From the IMG/VR virus record IMGVR_UViG_3300042397_002774, positions 1 to 64,000 of that record: a stretch of DNA of 64,000 nucleotides. One strand, 5' to 3'. Both the position numbers and the translations under genes were made by a program. This DNA comes from a virus. This document shows positions 47,564 through 57,531 of this stretch, piece after piece. The notes beneath the pieces are model-generated. The model was not told the DNA's origin. It did no database searches and saw nothing but the letters and a program-made list of their open reading frames with translations. Within the stretch, counting starts at the first letter, position 1, and each line of letters starts with the position of its first letter.

Positions 47564-47684
47564 TTAAATATTGTTTTTATATAATTGAATATAGGACTAA
47601 AATTATGCCATTCCAAAATAATGAACATAATGCTTGGATGTTTATCTCCGCAAAATCCTAATACGTGGATTATTTCATGCATGT

Positions 47685-48530
47685 TTAAAGTGAATTTATA
47701 TATTCTTGTAATCTATCTTTTGGTTCCCATACTAGCTTTTCTAATGCGGAATCGTTTTCACGTAAAGTTTCTCTGTAGTTTCCTTTTTGATCTGACATGT
47801 ATACTTTTACACAGTTAAATCTTTTAATAAACATATCTGCTACTTCGTTTATAGAATAGTTTTTACCTGTTCCCAATTCCCAAGCATCATTTTGTTTATG
47901 GTATGTTAAACCTATTTTATAAAGACCTTCTACTATATCATCTACATGAGTAAAATCTCTTTTCTGCTTACCATCACCAACAATTGTAATTGGATGATTT
48001 TTCTTAATCTGTCCTCTCCATCTACCTATAACTGCTGCCCAATCTCCTTCAGTAATTTCTTTAGGACCATAAACATTATAAAATCTAACTATTTCAACAT
48101 TTAATTCATAAACCTCTTTATACATTTTACAAATTTCTTCTCCGATGTATTTGTAACATGCATATGGGGATCTATGTGGGTTGTGCCATCGAGAAGATGA
48201 ACCAGCATATATTAATTTAGCACCTATCTGTTTTGCAAAATCACAAACAGCCTGAGTGCCCATTGTATTTACTCTAAAAGTTTCTGATGGATTCTCAAAT
48301 GAGGGTTGTATTCTACTAAGTGCTGCTAAATGGTAGATTATTTTAAAATCTTTATCCATTAATGATATTTGTTCAATATCACCTGAATGGTAATTACAAC
48401 CATTAATTTCGTTCTCTTTTGAGCCGCTATCGTAGTTATCTAAAGATACTACTGTGTGTCCTTCTTTAAGCAATCTTGCTATAAGATTTGAACCAATAAA
48501 TCCTGCTCCTCCAGTTACTAATATTTTCAT
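47685..48530 (-). CDS. NAD-dependent epimerase/dehydratase
   Basis: VTGGAGFIGS, YACYK (YxxxK), NVYGP, RDFTHVDD. Confidence 0.9.
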   Translation of the reverse strand: MKILVTGGAGFIGSNLIARLLKEGHTVVSLDNYDSGSKENEINGCNYHSGDIEQISLMDKDFKIIYHLAALSRIQPSFENPSETFRVNTMGTQAVCDFAKQIGAKLIYAGSSSRWHNPHRSPYACYKYIGEEICKMYKEVYELNVEIVRFYNVYGPKEITEGDWAAVIGRWRGQIKKNHPITIVGDGKQKRDFTHVDDIVEGLYKIGLTYHKQNDAWELGTGKNYSINEVADMFIKRFNCVKVYMSDQKGNYRETLRENDSALEKLVWEPKDRLQEYINSL

Positions 48531-48541
48531 AGTTTTAAAAT

Positions 48542-48579
48542 AAAAAACATCTCCCCCATCCATAGACGAGGGAGATGTT
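48542..48579 (-). terminator. intrinsic terminator
   Basis: AACATCTCCC...GGGAGATGTT plus T-tract. Confidence 0.75.
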
Positions 48580-48590
48580 GGGGTGGTGAA

Positions 48591-48827
48591 TTAAGCAGTT
48601 GCTAATTCTGTGTTTTTAACACGACGACGAGTTAAATTATACATTGCATTTGCAATTGGATTATTTACTCTACGTCTGAAGGCTGTAATGTTAGATAAAT
48701 GACTAACAGAATAACCTGTTTCTTCAGATAATCTTGTCAAATCACCAATACGTTGACGGTGAGTGAAGAATGACAATTTTGCTGTGCGGTTTAAGTAGTT
48801 CGCACGTACTTTAGTTTGATAACTCAT
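48591..48827 (-). CDS. small basic HTH-like DNA-binding protein
   Basis: LTRLSEETGYSVSHLSNI; Arg-rich. Confidence 0.6.
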   Translation of the reverse strand: MSYQTKVRANYLNRTAKLSFFTHRQRIGDLTRLSEETGYSVSHLSNITAFRRRVNNPIANAMYNLTRRRVKNTELATA

Positions 48828-48847
48828 AACTATATTTGATTTATTGT

Positions 48848-49735
48848 TTACGAATTGTGTTCAGCTAATACTTTTTCTACATGAGCCTTAGCTACTTCCC
48901 ATGTTACAGGACCTGTTTCGTCAGCATATGCTACAGGATCAGGACGTCCTAATCTAATGAATGCTTCAATACGCTCTACTGATGCTGCTGATTTATAATC
49001 AGAATACCATTCACCATATTCATCTCCTTGACAGTAGTAAATTGGTTTATAAGATGTATTAGTACGTCTATACACTTCATCAAAATCGAGATTCAAGATA
49101 CCACAAGATCTTTGCCCATCCTCTAAAATGTCAAATTTATTTAACTCAAGATATGGAGTATAATGGTATACTAATTCAGAATCCCAGTTACCAATTTTAA
49201 ACGCTTCAAAATCAACATCGCGGAACTCTTGTCTACAATCAGGATAAATTGCATGATCACCAGCATGAATCCCCATTGCGATTGCTACTGAATCTCCTAT
49301 AGCACAATCATCACCAATATTTTTAGTTGCAACTGATAATGCTACAGCTTGAATCAATGAAGCAAATATTTTATTACGATTAGGTACAACTGTTTCTTTC
49401 ATGTTGTCCTGCTCATAGTGCCCTTCTGGTACATCGGAACCACCAGTTACTAAAGCTGAGTTTAATAATTGCGATAAACCATCTAATTTAATAATTTGAA
49501 AGTTTACTTTTGGATAGAATTCTTCAAACCCGTTTGGAGCGTGATCATGATGAAATACTCTTAATGGATTAGAGTTAATGTACTCTACTAATGATGTAGC
49601 ACGCTCTAATTCTACTTTGTGTTTTTGACCATAATCAAAACCTAATGCTGTTACTTCATAGCCGCTAGCTAATAGGTGTAACAATAATGAACTACTGTCC
49701 ATACCACCTGATAATGATAAAACTGCTTTTTTCAT
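48848..49735 (-). CDS. queC: 7-cyano-7-deazaguanine synthase
   Basis: SGGMDS, FDYGQKH, VPNRN, YPDCR. Confidence 0.93.
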   Translation of the reverse strand: MKKAVLSLSGGMDSSSLLLHLLASGYEVTALGFDYGQKHKVELERATSLVEYINSNPLRVFHHDHAPNGFEEFYPKVNFQIIKLDGLSQLLNSALVTGGSDVPEGHYEQDNMKETVVPNRNKIFASLIQAVALSVATKNIGDDCAIGDSVAIAMGIHAGDHAIYPDCRQEFRDVDFEAFKIGNWDSELVYHYTPYLELNKFDILEDGQRSCGILNLDFDEVYRRTNTSYKPIYYCQGDEYGEWYSDYKSAASVERIEAFIRLGRPDPVAYADETGPVTWEVAKAHVEKVLAEHNS

Positions 49736-49787
49736 TCTAAATGAATTTATTTGGGATCGTATTTATTTATTAAACGCTTACTCCCGT

Positions 49788-50000
49788 TTAAGCGTTGTTG
49801 AATAATGCTTTAATCTTGAAAAACTGATCTAAAAACGGTTTTTCATAGGTAATAATAATGCCATTCTTAAATGGAGAATGAGCAACAATCTTAGTACCAC
49901 GTCTCGCGTTTACAATCTTAGAGAAGTCATGTACTTGTTTGCCCAAAGCAGAACCTGCTGGTTTGCCTAAATAATCATAAAGTGAAATCATTGTTATCAT
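49788..50000 (-). CDS. hypothetical protein
   Basis: SLYDYLGKPAGSALG. Confidence 0.6.
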   Translation of the reverse strand: MITMISLYDYLGKPAGSALGKQVHDFSKIVNARRGTKIVAHSPFKNGIIITYEKPFLDQFFKIKALFNNA

Positions 50001-50006
50001 AACTTT

Positions 50007-50792
50007 TTATTTTATAAATTTTCTGAATTGTTGTACGTTGAATGTAATATCTTCTATCTGCCCACTCAAGTCTTTCTCAAAGTAATGCTCTAGTTTTTCC
50101 TTTGGTTTCCATGTTAAACCACTATCAGTGTATCTTTGTCCTTCAGCACCAACTAAAATAGGATTGGACGTATCTACTGATTTAACAAATGTCCAATCTT
50201 TATATGACATAAACTCTTGTGGTAATGAACATCCTAACAAATGGTGGTAATGTGACTTTCTGATAGTATTAGATGCAACTAAACGTCTAATAAACTCCAT
50301 TCTACCATACATTGCTGCTTTTAAATGATCCATTCCTTCATATTCATATTGGTATGCAATGCTTGAATGATTAAATGCAATATGAGTATAACCTAAATCA
50401 ACTAATGTTTGATATGTTGTAATTAATTCACCCATGTCTTTACCTTGACATACAGCCATTAAATTAACTCCTTCAGGTAGATTTGGTTTATGATTAATCA
50501 TCCAACTTTTAGCATTAACTAATGTTGTTGTTGAATCGTTCCAGGCATCAGGTACAATGAATATATCAGGACGAACTAAATTAATCTTTTCTAATAAATC
50601 TTCTGTTGTATGCAATACACCTTCAAATAAACCATTATCCATGATAATGAAACGTTTATCTAAACGTGATTTTTGAAAGAATATTCTATATTGATCGTAC
50701 TGATCAATCAAGTGAGGTAAACAATAATCATAATCATTCCATTTATATGCATGATGCATTAATGCTAAAGGTAATTCATGACTAATCTTCAT
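50007..50792 (-). CDS. TGT/DpdA-like deazaguanine transglycosylase candidate
   Basis: IMDNGLFE, HHLLG and SVDTS parallel the TGT DSG, HLxG and SxDS motifs; lies among que genes. Confidence 0.65.
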   Translation of the reverse strand: MKISHELPLALMHHAYKWNDYDYCLPHLIDQYDQYRIFFQKSRLDKRFIIMDNGLFEGVLHTTEDLLEKINLVRPDIFIVPDAWNDSTTTLVNAKSWMINHKPNLPEGVNLMAVCQGKDMGELITTYQTLVDLGYTHIAFNHSSIAYQYEYEGMDHLKAAMYGRMEFIRRLVASNTIRKSHYHHLLGCSLPQEFMSYKDWTFVKSVDTSNPILVGAEGQRYTDSGLTWKPKEKLEHYFEKDLSGQIEDITFNVQQFRKFIK

Positions 50793-51069
50793 AGTGTTTT
50801 AATTTTTTCTTTAATCTATTAATTCTAATTTGACAATACCATTTACCCATATTACCAGATGCATTTTTATATCTTTCTTCCCAATACTTAATACCTTTGT
50901 TAGTTTTAGCATTTGCTTTTTCAAGATAATCAATGTCCCAATAACTGTTATTTTCCAACATAGCTTCTTCCCAATATCCTTCAGTATAATGGGGAGCTTG
51001 TTGTTCATACTCTTCGCGAAGAGCTTTGCGTCGTGCTTTTTCTAGATTTTTACCTAGTTTCTTATTCAT
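50782..51069 (-). CDS. hypothetical protein
   Basis: ORF. Confidence 0.55.
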   Translation of the reverse strand: MNKKLGKNLEKARRKALREEYEQQAPHYTEGYWEEAMLENNSYWDIDYLEKANAKTNKGIKYWEERYKNASGNMGKWYCQIRINRLKKKLKHYED

Positions 51070-51523
51070 ATATGGCGGTATTTTTGTTGTTTTCCATGAA
51101 TTCTACTCTTACAACACTAACCCTACCATTAGTTTCTTCTTGAACAAATGTATTTAATTTTTCAAAAACATATTTTGCGAACTGTTCTGCGCCAACAGCT
51201 GGTAATATTCTAAGTTGAATAATACCAAGTTCACCCATTGTTTTGAACCCACCCAATGCTGGGTCATCTTCAGTTATGATTGTGGTATGGTCAAACATAT
51301 AGTCCATCCATTCTTTAGGATTTTTACCATCAATATTCCCTTTAGCACGTTTCATACCACCAAAATCCCAAACCCAATTACGTTCATCTAATTCACCTTC
51401 AAACCATACTCTAAATGATACTCCATACCCATGGAGGAACCTGCAGTGAGTACCTTCTGCTTTCCATTGACGAAATACTGTACTGAAACCGTCAAACAAC
51501 TTTGTTGATTGAAACTTTGCCAT
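51062..51523 (-). CDS. queD: 6-carboxytetrahydropterin synthase
   Basis: CRFLHGY, DFG, FDHT, AEQFA. Confidence 0.88.
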   Translation of the reverse strand: MAKFQSTKLFDGFSTVFRQWKAEGTHCRFLHGYGVSFRVWFEGELDERNWVWDFGGMKRAKGNIDGKNPKEWMDYMFDHTTIITEDDPALGGFKTMGELGIIQLRILPAVGAEQFAKYVFEKLNTFVQEETNGRVSVVRVEFMENNKNTAIYE

Positions 51524-51524
51524 T

Positions 51525-51743
51525 TTATTTATCTTTTTTTATTGTAATATTTGATCTGAATAAGATTCCTGCTATTAAATTTAATCCACATGCTTCCCAA
51601 AAATTAATATATCTTAACCCAAAAATATTTGGCATTAGTTGGTTCCATAAAAATTGTAGAGGTAGACCAAATAGCAAAGCAGCTAAGGCTAATAATCCTA
51701 CAAGGTACAAGGCTTGTTCAATTGGTTTCATGTTGTTATTCAT
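51525..51743 (-). CDS. small two-TM membrane protein
   Basis: LWNQLMPNIFGL..INFWEA. Confidence 0.6.
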   Translation of the reverse strand: MNNNMKPIEQALYLVGLLALAALLFGLPLQFLWNQLMPNIFGLRYINFWEACGLNLIAGILFRSNITIKKDK

Positions 51744-51939
51744 TTTCTATTTCGTCGTTATTTAATTCGTCTAACTCTGTTTGATTTACTATTTTCCAGT
51801 TTTTATCATCATCAATAATACTGTAAACTTGATCCATAATTTCTTCCAACTCTTTAGTTAATGAAGTAACGTCAACATCGTCTTCTGTTAATTTGGTTTG
51901 GATTTGTTCTGCTTTATTTAGTAATTCTATTAAGTTCAT
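51736..51939 (-). CDS. acidic hypothetical protein
   Basis: ORF. Confidence 0.55.
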   Translation of the reverse strand: MNLIELLNKAEQIQTKLTEDDVDVTSLTKELEEIMDQVYSIIDDDKNWKIVNQTELDELNNDEIENE

Positions 51940-52145
51940 TTTTTCTTATTTGGAGTGAATTTAAGTATTTCCTCTGACAATACCACCCTTCCTTTAGTAT
52001 CTCTTGGTTCATAAGGGCAATGTCTGCAATGATCACCACAGCAACTACCTCTATTAATATGAGTGAGCGCAGTAAAAATCACGCGCTCACCCTCTATATA
52101 GTAATCAACTCCGTTTCTTAATTGCTTATCCTTCACAAGATACAC
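51936..52145 (-). CDS. DUF5522-like Cys-rich protein
   Basis: RGSCCGDHCRHCPY. Confidence 0.7.
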   Translation of the reverse strand: MYLVKDKQLRNGVDYYIEGERVIFTALTHINRGSCCGDHCRHCPYEPRDTKGRVVLSEEILKFTPNKKK

Positions 52146-53850
52146 ATTCAGATAAACGTTGTAAATTGTCTCCTCTCAATACTGATTCGGTACGTAAGTA
52201 GTATAATGTTTTAATACCTGCTTTATGTGCCTCTTTATGTACTTGAGATATCCATTTTGGAGTGTCATTTGGATCAAAACATAAATTTAATGAAATTGCT
52301 TGATCAATATATTGTTGTCTAATAGCGTTTTGTTTTACTATTTCTAATTGATTAATTTCTTTAAATGTTAAGAACACTGATTTTTCTTCATCAGTTAAAA
52401 TATAACTAGGAACATTAATTACTGATCCTTGATCTTTTAGAATTTGATCCCAAACACTATCAATATTATATCCTTTTTTATCTAGTAATTCTTCTAGAAT
52501 TTTATTTCGTTTAATGAATACGCCTTTTGCTGTTTTAAGGTTATATACATTCGCTGGAATTGGTTCAATAGATGGTGACACACCTCCCGAAATATGAGCA
52601 TTTGATACCGTTGGTGCAATTGCTAAATGATGGGAATGTCTTAATCCAGTACCTTTACACCATTCTGGCTCACCGTATAGTTCTGCTTGGTCGCGTGATG
52701 CTTTTAAAGTTTCTGTCTGAATAAATTCAGATATAACTCTAGTCAATGCTGATGATTGAATACTAGCAAATGGTATTCCTTTTGATTGTAGTAATGTATG
52801 CCATCCTAAAACACCAATTCCAATTGCTCTACCTTTAGTAGCAGAACGAACTGTGTTTTCCATGAATTTGATGTTCTTAGCTCTATCAATAAATTCTTGT
52901 AATACACCTTCTAAGAACCAACATGCTACTTCTGGTAATGTCATACCATTTTCGAATTTATAGTCTTTCCATTCATCCCAACGTGCTAAATTCAATGATG
53001 ATAAACAACAAATGAATGAATGTAATTCGTCTGTGTATAATGAAATCTCACTACAAATGTTTGTCATTGATACATGAAGATTTAACTTCTTATATCCTTC
53101 AGGATTTGCATTGTTAACATTATCTTCAAACATGATATAAGGTTCACCAGTTTCAAGACGTGTTTTTAATATATCACCCCACAAACGCATAGAACGTTCA
53201 TCTTTGTTTTCTAACTTATCCATAAATGTGTCATCAATAACAACACATTGGTGTAAGTTCAAACATTGACGATTAACATCACCTTTTGGTCTACGAATTT
53301 GCAAAAATTCTTCAATATCTGGGTGGTTGATGCTTAAGTTAACAGATGCTGCTCCTCTTCTAACTGATCCTTGATTTGTAGCAAGAATAGTTGAATCATA
53401 AATTTTACACCAAGGCACTACACCTTCAGACACACCATTATCTCTAATGGCTTTACCTCTACCTCTAATACGAGATACTCCAATACCAACTCCACCACCT
53501 TGAGATGATAATCTCATTAATTCAGAGTTTGCATCAGCAATACCTTCAATAGAATCACCAACATCAATACCAAAACATGAAATAGGCATTCCACGCTCAG
53601 TACCTAAATTTGATAATACTGGGGATGCTAAACATAGCCAGTTTTTTACTATTGCTTCATAGAATATTGGTTGTAAGTCTTTACGTCTTAATCTACGTGA
53701 AGAAGCTTTACTAACTCTTTTAAATGCACCAAATACATCTTCATCAGGCATTAAATATCCTTTAGAAATCATACTTAATGCTATTTCATCCATCCAAGAA
53801 GGAAAATCTTTACCTTTAACCCAGGTACTGGTGTCTACTTGTATACTCAT
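52126..53850 (-). CDS. nrdA: ribonucleotide reductase class I alpha subunit (no ATP cone)
   Basis: PISC, TNICSEI, AIAPT, KTLYY, C-terminal CVSCEG. Confidence 0.94.
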   Translation of the reverse strand: MSIQVDTSTWVKGKDFPSWMDEIALSMISKGYLMPDEDVFGAFKRVSKASSRRLRRKDLQPIFYEAIVKNWLCLASPVLSNLGTERGMPISCFGIDVGDSIEGIADANSELMRLSSQGGGVGIGVSRIRGRGKAIRDNGVSEGVVPWCKIYDSTILATNQGSVRRGAASVNLSINHPDIEEFLQIRRPKGDVNRQCLNLHQCVVIDDTFMDKLENKDERSMRLWGDILKTRLETGEPYIMFEDNVNNANPEGYKKLNLHVSMTNICSEISLYTDELHSFICCLSSLNLARWDEWKDYKFENGMTLPEVACWFLEGVLQEFIDRAKNIKFMENTVRSATKGRAIGIGVLGWHTLLQSKGIPFASIQSSALTRVISEFIQTETLKASRDQAELYGEPEWCKGTGLRHSHHLAIAPTVSNAHISGGVSPSIEPIPANVYNLKTAKGVFIKRNKILEELLDKKGYNIDSVWDQILKDQGSVINVPSYILTDEEKSVFLTFKEINQLEIVKQNAIRQQYIDQAISLNLCFDPNDTPKWISQVHKEAHKAGIKTLYYLRTESVLRGDNLQRLSECVSCEG

Positions 53851-53864
53851 CTTATAATTTAATT

Positions 53865-54815
53865 TTAAAGGTCTGACCAATCTGCGTTTGACTTTGAATA
53901 ACTAGTCACGCGTCCTGCAAAGAAATCTTGGTGTGTTTTTCCACTTGTTAAATGTCCAAACCATTCCATTTGTTTTAATAGGTTAGGATCAATATCATTG
54001 AAAATACCATTATAACCTAATTCAACCATTTTCTCATTTGCTCTTGCTTTGATAAATGTTTTTAGTTGAGGGATGTTTAAACCTTCAATATCTCCCATTT
54101 CAAATGCTTTATCAATAAAATCAAATTCTAACTGAACTGATAATCGACAAGCTTCTGCTACACCTGATCTCATTTCTGCTGTATTTAATTCAGGTTGTTC
54201 TTCTAACAATTTTTTAAATAACCAACATCCTGCTTTTGAGTGTAATGACTCATCTCTGACACTCCACTCTACAATCTGACCAGTTCCTTTCATTAAGTTT
54301 CTTAATTGAAAAGACATCAATATAGCAAATGAAGAAAATAAATTAACACCTTCAGTAAATGCTGAGAATATAGCTAATGATAATGCTTTTTCTTCAATGT
54401 TATCACCAGGTACTTCAATTAAGCGATCAATTTTTGCTTTTGATGCTTCGTCTTCTAAAAATGCTTGGAAGTTATCTAATCCTAATTCTTCATTTAATCG
54501 AGCATAAGCTTCAGCATGGATGCTTTCAAAATCAGCAAACACACGAGCCATAGCTTGAATTTCTGGTTTTGGGAACCATAATGATACTTTAGTAGACCAA
54601 TAATCATTAACGTGTACTTCTGTTTGAGCGAATGATTTTAGAATATTTCCTATCAAATTCTTTTCTGAATCGGTTAATTTTAATTTCCAATCGTTTAGAT
54701 CAGAAGCCAAAGGTACTTCATCAGCCAACCAATGTACTCTATGTTGGTCTTTATAAAAGTTGAATGCTTCTTGGTATTCAAATGGTTTGTAGAAAATACG
54801 TGGTTCAGTTATCAT
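53865..54815 (-). CDS. nrdB: ribonucleotide reductase beta subunit
   Basis: ESIHAEAY, EGVNLFSSF, RDESLH. Confidence 0.94.
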   Translation of the reverse strand: MITEPRIFYKPFEYQEAFNFYKDQHRVHWLADEVPLASDLNDWKLKLTDSEKNLIGNILKSFAQTEVHVNDYWSTKVSLWFPKPEIQAMARVFADFESIHAEAYARLNEELGLDNFQAFLEDEASKAKIDRLIEVPGDNIEEKALSLAIFSAFTEGVNLFSSFAILMSFQLRNLMKGTGQIVEWSVRDESLHSKAGCWLFKKLLEEQPELNTAEMRSGVAEACRLSVQLEFDFIDKAFEMGDIEGLNIPQLKTFIKARANEKMVELGYNGIFNDIDPNLLKQMEWFGHLTSGKTHQDFFAGRVTSYSKSNADWSDL

Positions 54816-55072
54816 TTTAATGAATTTAATAAGTTAATTAATGTTGGTTTTGATTGCATACCCAAGGTACGCTTTACTTCTTGCCCATCAACTTCTATTA
54901 CTAAAGTAGGAACTGAACGAATGTTATATTTTAATGTTAAATCTGGATTGCTGTCTACATCTATTGTTTCAAAATTAACATCTGTTAATTCTGATTGAAC
55001 TTGCGCTACTAAAGGAGCAAGTTGCTTACATGGGCCGCACCAAGCAGCCGTGAACCTTTTTACCGTTACCAT
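54812..55072 (-). CDS. trxA: thioredoxin
   Basis: WCGPC, IRSVPT. Confidence 0.93.
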   Translation of the reverse strand: MVTVKRFTAAWCGPCKQLAPLVAQVQSELTDVNFETIDVDSNPDLTLKYNIRSVPTLVIEVDGQEVKRTLGMQSKPTLINLLNSLK

Positions 55073-55107
55073 AATTTTTATTGTTGTAGTTATAAATATA
55101 GTATATA

Positions 55108-56490
55108 CTATTGGTTTTTACTAAGCTCAAAAAACTTCTGTTGAAGATAATCTCTGTCGTCATTATTAACGCTACTGTATTGATTTACAGGTTTAGAGTC
55201 ATCTTCATCATCATCGTCTAATGGTGTTTCGTATATATCTATTTTTCCGTTTGATGTATCTATTTTGGAACCAAATGTTAATCCGTCAGCACCATATCTA
55301 TTTTTCATGACGTGCCAACGTCCTGTTCCGTTTACTTTATCTTTTCTTCCTCTAGCTAGAGATAAAATAATATCTCCAATCATAATCTTTTCATACGATC
55401 CTGCTGCATTATCACCTTCAATAATACTACTTTTAGCAGCACCTCTATTTGCTTGTGAAGGGGATATAACTGGTATTCCTAGTTCCTTAGCTAATGCTTT
55501 AGCTCCAACATAAACATCATCAATTTCTTCCTTACGTTCTCCATTTCTAGAACGAGATGAACTCTTAACATAATCAAGATAATCAATAATGATTAAATCT
55601 GGTTTGAAACCATGTTGCATTTCTAATTGTTGGAGATGAGCCTGAATTGTATCGAATGATGCTCTTTTAGGTGGGTATTCTTTAATAACAACTTTACCTC
55701 TAACTTTACTAATAGTTTCTTCAACTTTAGCTCTATTTTTATCCAAAGTATCAACAGGAATACCTGTAAATACAGCATCATATCTTTTACCTACGTAACC
55801 TTCAGCTAATTCAAGTGAATAGTGTACTACATTATACCCCATAGCAGCAGCATAAGCTCCCATATCAATAACAGCCCATGATTTACCACCCCCAGGATTA
55901 CCAAATACTAGTACTAAATCACCTTTACCCATTCCCCCCTGAGTTAGACTATTGAATACAGGCCAAGGGAAAGGTATTGCATTTCTATCATCTATTCTGT
56001 ATCTTGATTCAATATCTTTATCATATTCATGACCAATATTTTTATCTTCACCTGCTTTTAGAGCATTATTCATTAGTGTTTTAATACTATCATAATCACC
56101 CATTCCAAGCAAGTCAACAGAAGTCATGATTGCTTTCTTTACTTGTTGGTTTTTACAAAAATTAGTAAATTCATTTTCTACCCACTCTAAATCATTGGCT
56201 TGGGATTCTTTATAAGCCTCTCTTAGCCCCTCAGTAATAGCAATTTTTAAAACATCATTATCAACTTTTTTTACTTCAGTAGATAGTACCTCCATTGTTG
56301 GTACTGTATGATACTTAGAAAAATATGATTGTATTTCTTTAATAACCCATTGATTGGCTTGATTTTCGAAATATTCTTTTTCTAAAGAATCAGACACATT
56401 TACTAAGAAATTTTTCTGTGTTAATAGTGCTCCAATTACTTTCGTTTGAAACTGAGGTCCGTATGCTTGTAATTTTTGTAATGTTGTCAT
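55108..56490 (-). CDS. replicative DnaB-like helicase (gp41-like)
   Basis: GNPGGGKS, SLE, IIIDYLD, SQANR, KNRYG. Confidence 0.92.
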   Translation of the reverse strand: MTTLQKLQAYGPQFQTKVIGALLTQKNFLVNVSDSLEKEYFENQANQWVIKEIQSYFSKYHTVPTMEVLSTEVKKVDNDVLKIAITEGLREAYKESQANDLEWVENEFTNFCKNQQVKKAIMTSVDLLGMGDYDSIKTLMNNALKAGEDKNIGHEYDKDIESRYRIDDRNAIPFPWPVFNSLTQGGMGKGDLVLVFGNPGGGKSWAVIDMGAYAAAMGYNVVHYSLELAEGYVGKRYDAVFTGIPVDTLDKNRAKVEETISKVRGKVVIKEYPPKRASFDTIQAHLQQLEMQHGFKPDLIIIDYLDYVKSSSRSRNGERKEEIDDVYVGAKALAKELGIPVISPSQANRGAAKSSIIEGDNAAGSYEKIMIGDIILSLARGRKDKVNGTGRWHVMKNRYGADGLTFGSKIDTSNGKIDIYETPLDDDDEDDSKPVNQYSSVNNDDRDYLQQKFFELSKNQ

Positions 56491-56502
56491 AACTTTTTAA
56501 AT

Positions 56503-57531
56503 TTAATTAAGAGAATTTAAGTAACCAAAAACTTCTGTAAGCCAATTATCTACATTCGGTATTGATTCTCCCAATTTATCATTTACATATATTTGGTGAA
56601 ATAGATACTTATTTAATTCATATGAATCGTTAAAAGCATCTTTTACCAATTGTTTATTTTCAGGTGATAAGAAACTTCCATCTAGAGACATTAATTTTCT
56701 ATTAATTTCTAGTTGATGTCTTCTTTCTACTACTGATAGATATAATTTGTTTTCATCTATTTTATTAGCAGATGACTCAATAATATCATTTAATTCAATT
56801 TTATTCTCACTGATTAATTCAGGGAATAATTTAAGTAACTTAACAGGCCCTAAACCAGTAATCCCAGGAATATTATCAGATTGATCACCCATCAATATCT
56901 TGTAGTTAAGAAAATTATAACTACTAACACCGAATTCTTCTAATACATCTTTTGGTTTGTATACTTTCTTTTTAACTGGAGAATATACTTGTACTTTGTT
57001 TGAGATTAATTGTAAGAAATCTTTGTCCGCAGACATGATTGTTACACTTGTTGTCTCATTATACGCCTGGAATTTATTTGATAAATAACCAATAATATCA
57101 TCTGCTTCCAAACCATCAATACTAATAACAGTAACTGGAAGGCATTTAAGATACTGAATCAATCTTGCCATCTGATTGTTTATACTCTCTGTTTCTTCTT
57201 CTTTTGAAGAGAAAATAGAATAATTTGTCATGCGATTAACATGACGATTTGCTTTATACTCAGGGTATAAGTTTCTTCTAGCATTCGAACCACCAACACC
57301 ATCAAATACAATTATCACTTTGGTTGGATTAAGCATTTTGATTGCATAACCAATTGATTTTAAAAACCCAGTTAGACCACCAATGTGGTGGCCATTTGGG
57401 TTAATGTGATTAATCATAGTAAACGACCTCAAGAATGTATTGAGGCCGTCTATGATTAAAATTGAGTCTAATTGTGTCCTAGTGTCTGGTTGAATACTTG
57501 AGATTAGATCAAAGTATTTATTCTTGGACAT
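56503..57531 (-). CDS. 5'-3' exonuclease / RNase H (FEN-like)
   Basis: IDGLN, YKANR, EADDIIG, SADKDFLQL, GDQSDNIPG. Confidence 0.92.
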   Translation of the reverse strand: MSKNKYFDLISSIQPDTRTQLDSILIIDGLNTFLRSFTMINHINPNGHHIGGLTGFLKSIGYAIKMLNPTKVIIVFDGVGGSNARRNLYPEYKANRHVNRMTNYSIFSSKEEETESINNQMARLIQYLKCLPVTVISIDGLEADDIIGYLSNKFQAYNETTSVTIMSADKDFLQLISNKVQVYSPVKKKVYKPKDVLEEFGVSSYNFLNYKILMGDQSDNIPGITGLGPVKLLKLFPELISENKIELNDIIESSANKIDENKLYLSVVERRHQLEINRKLMSLDGSFLSPENKQLVKDAFNDSYELNKYLFHQIYVNDKLGESIPNVDNWLTEVFGYLNSLN

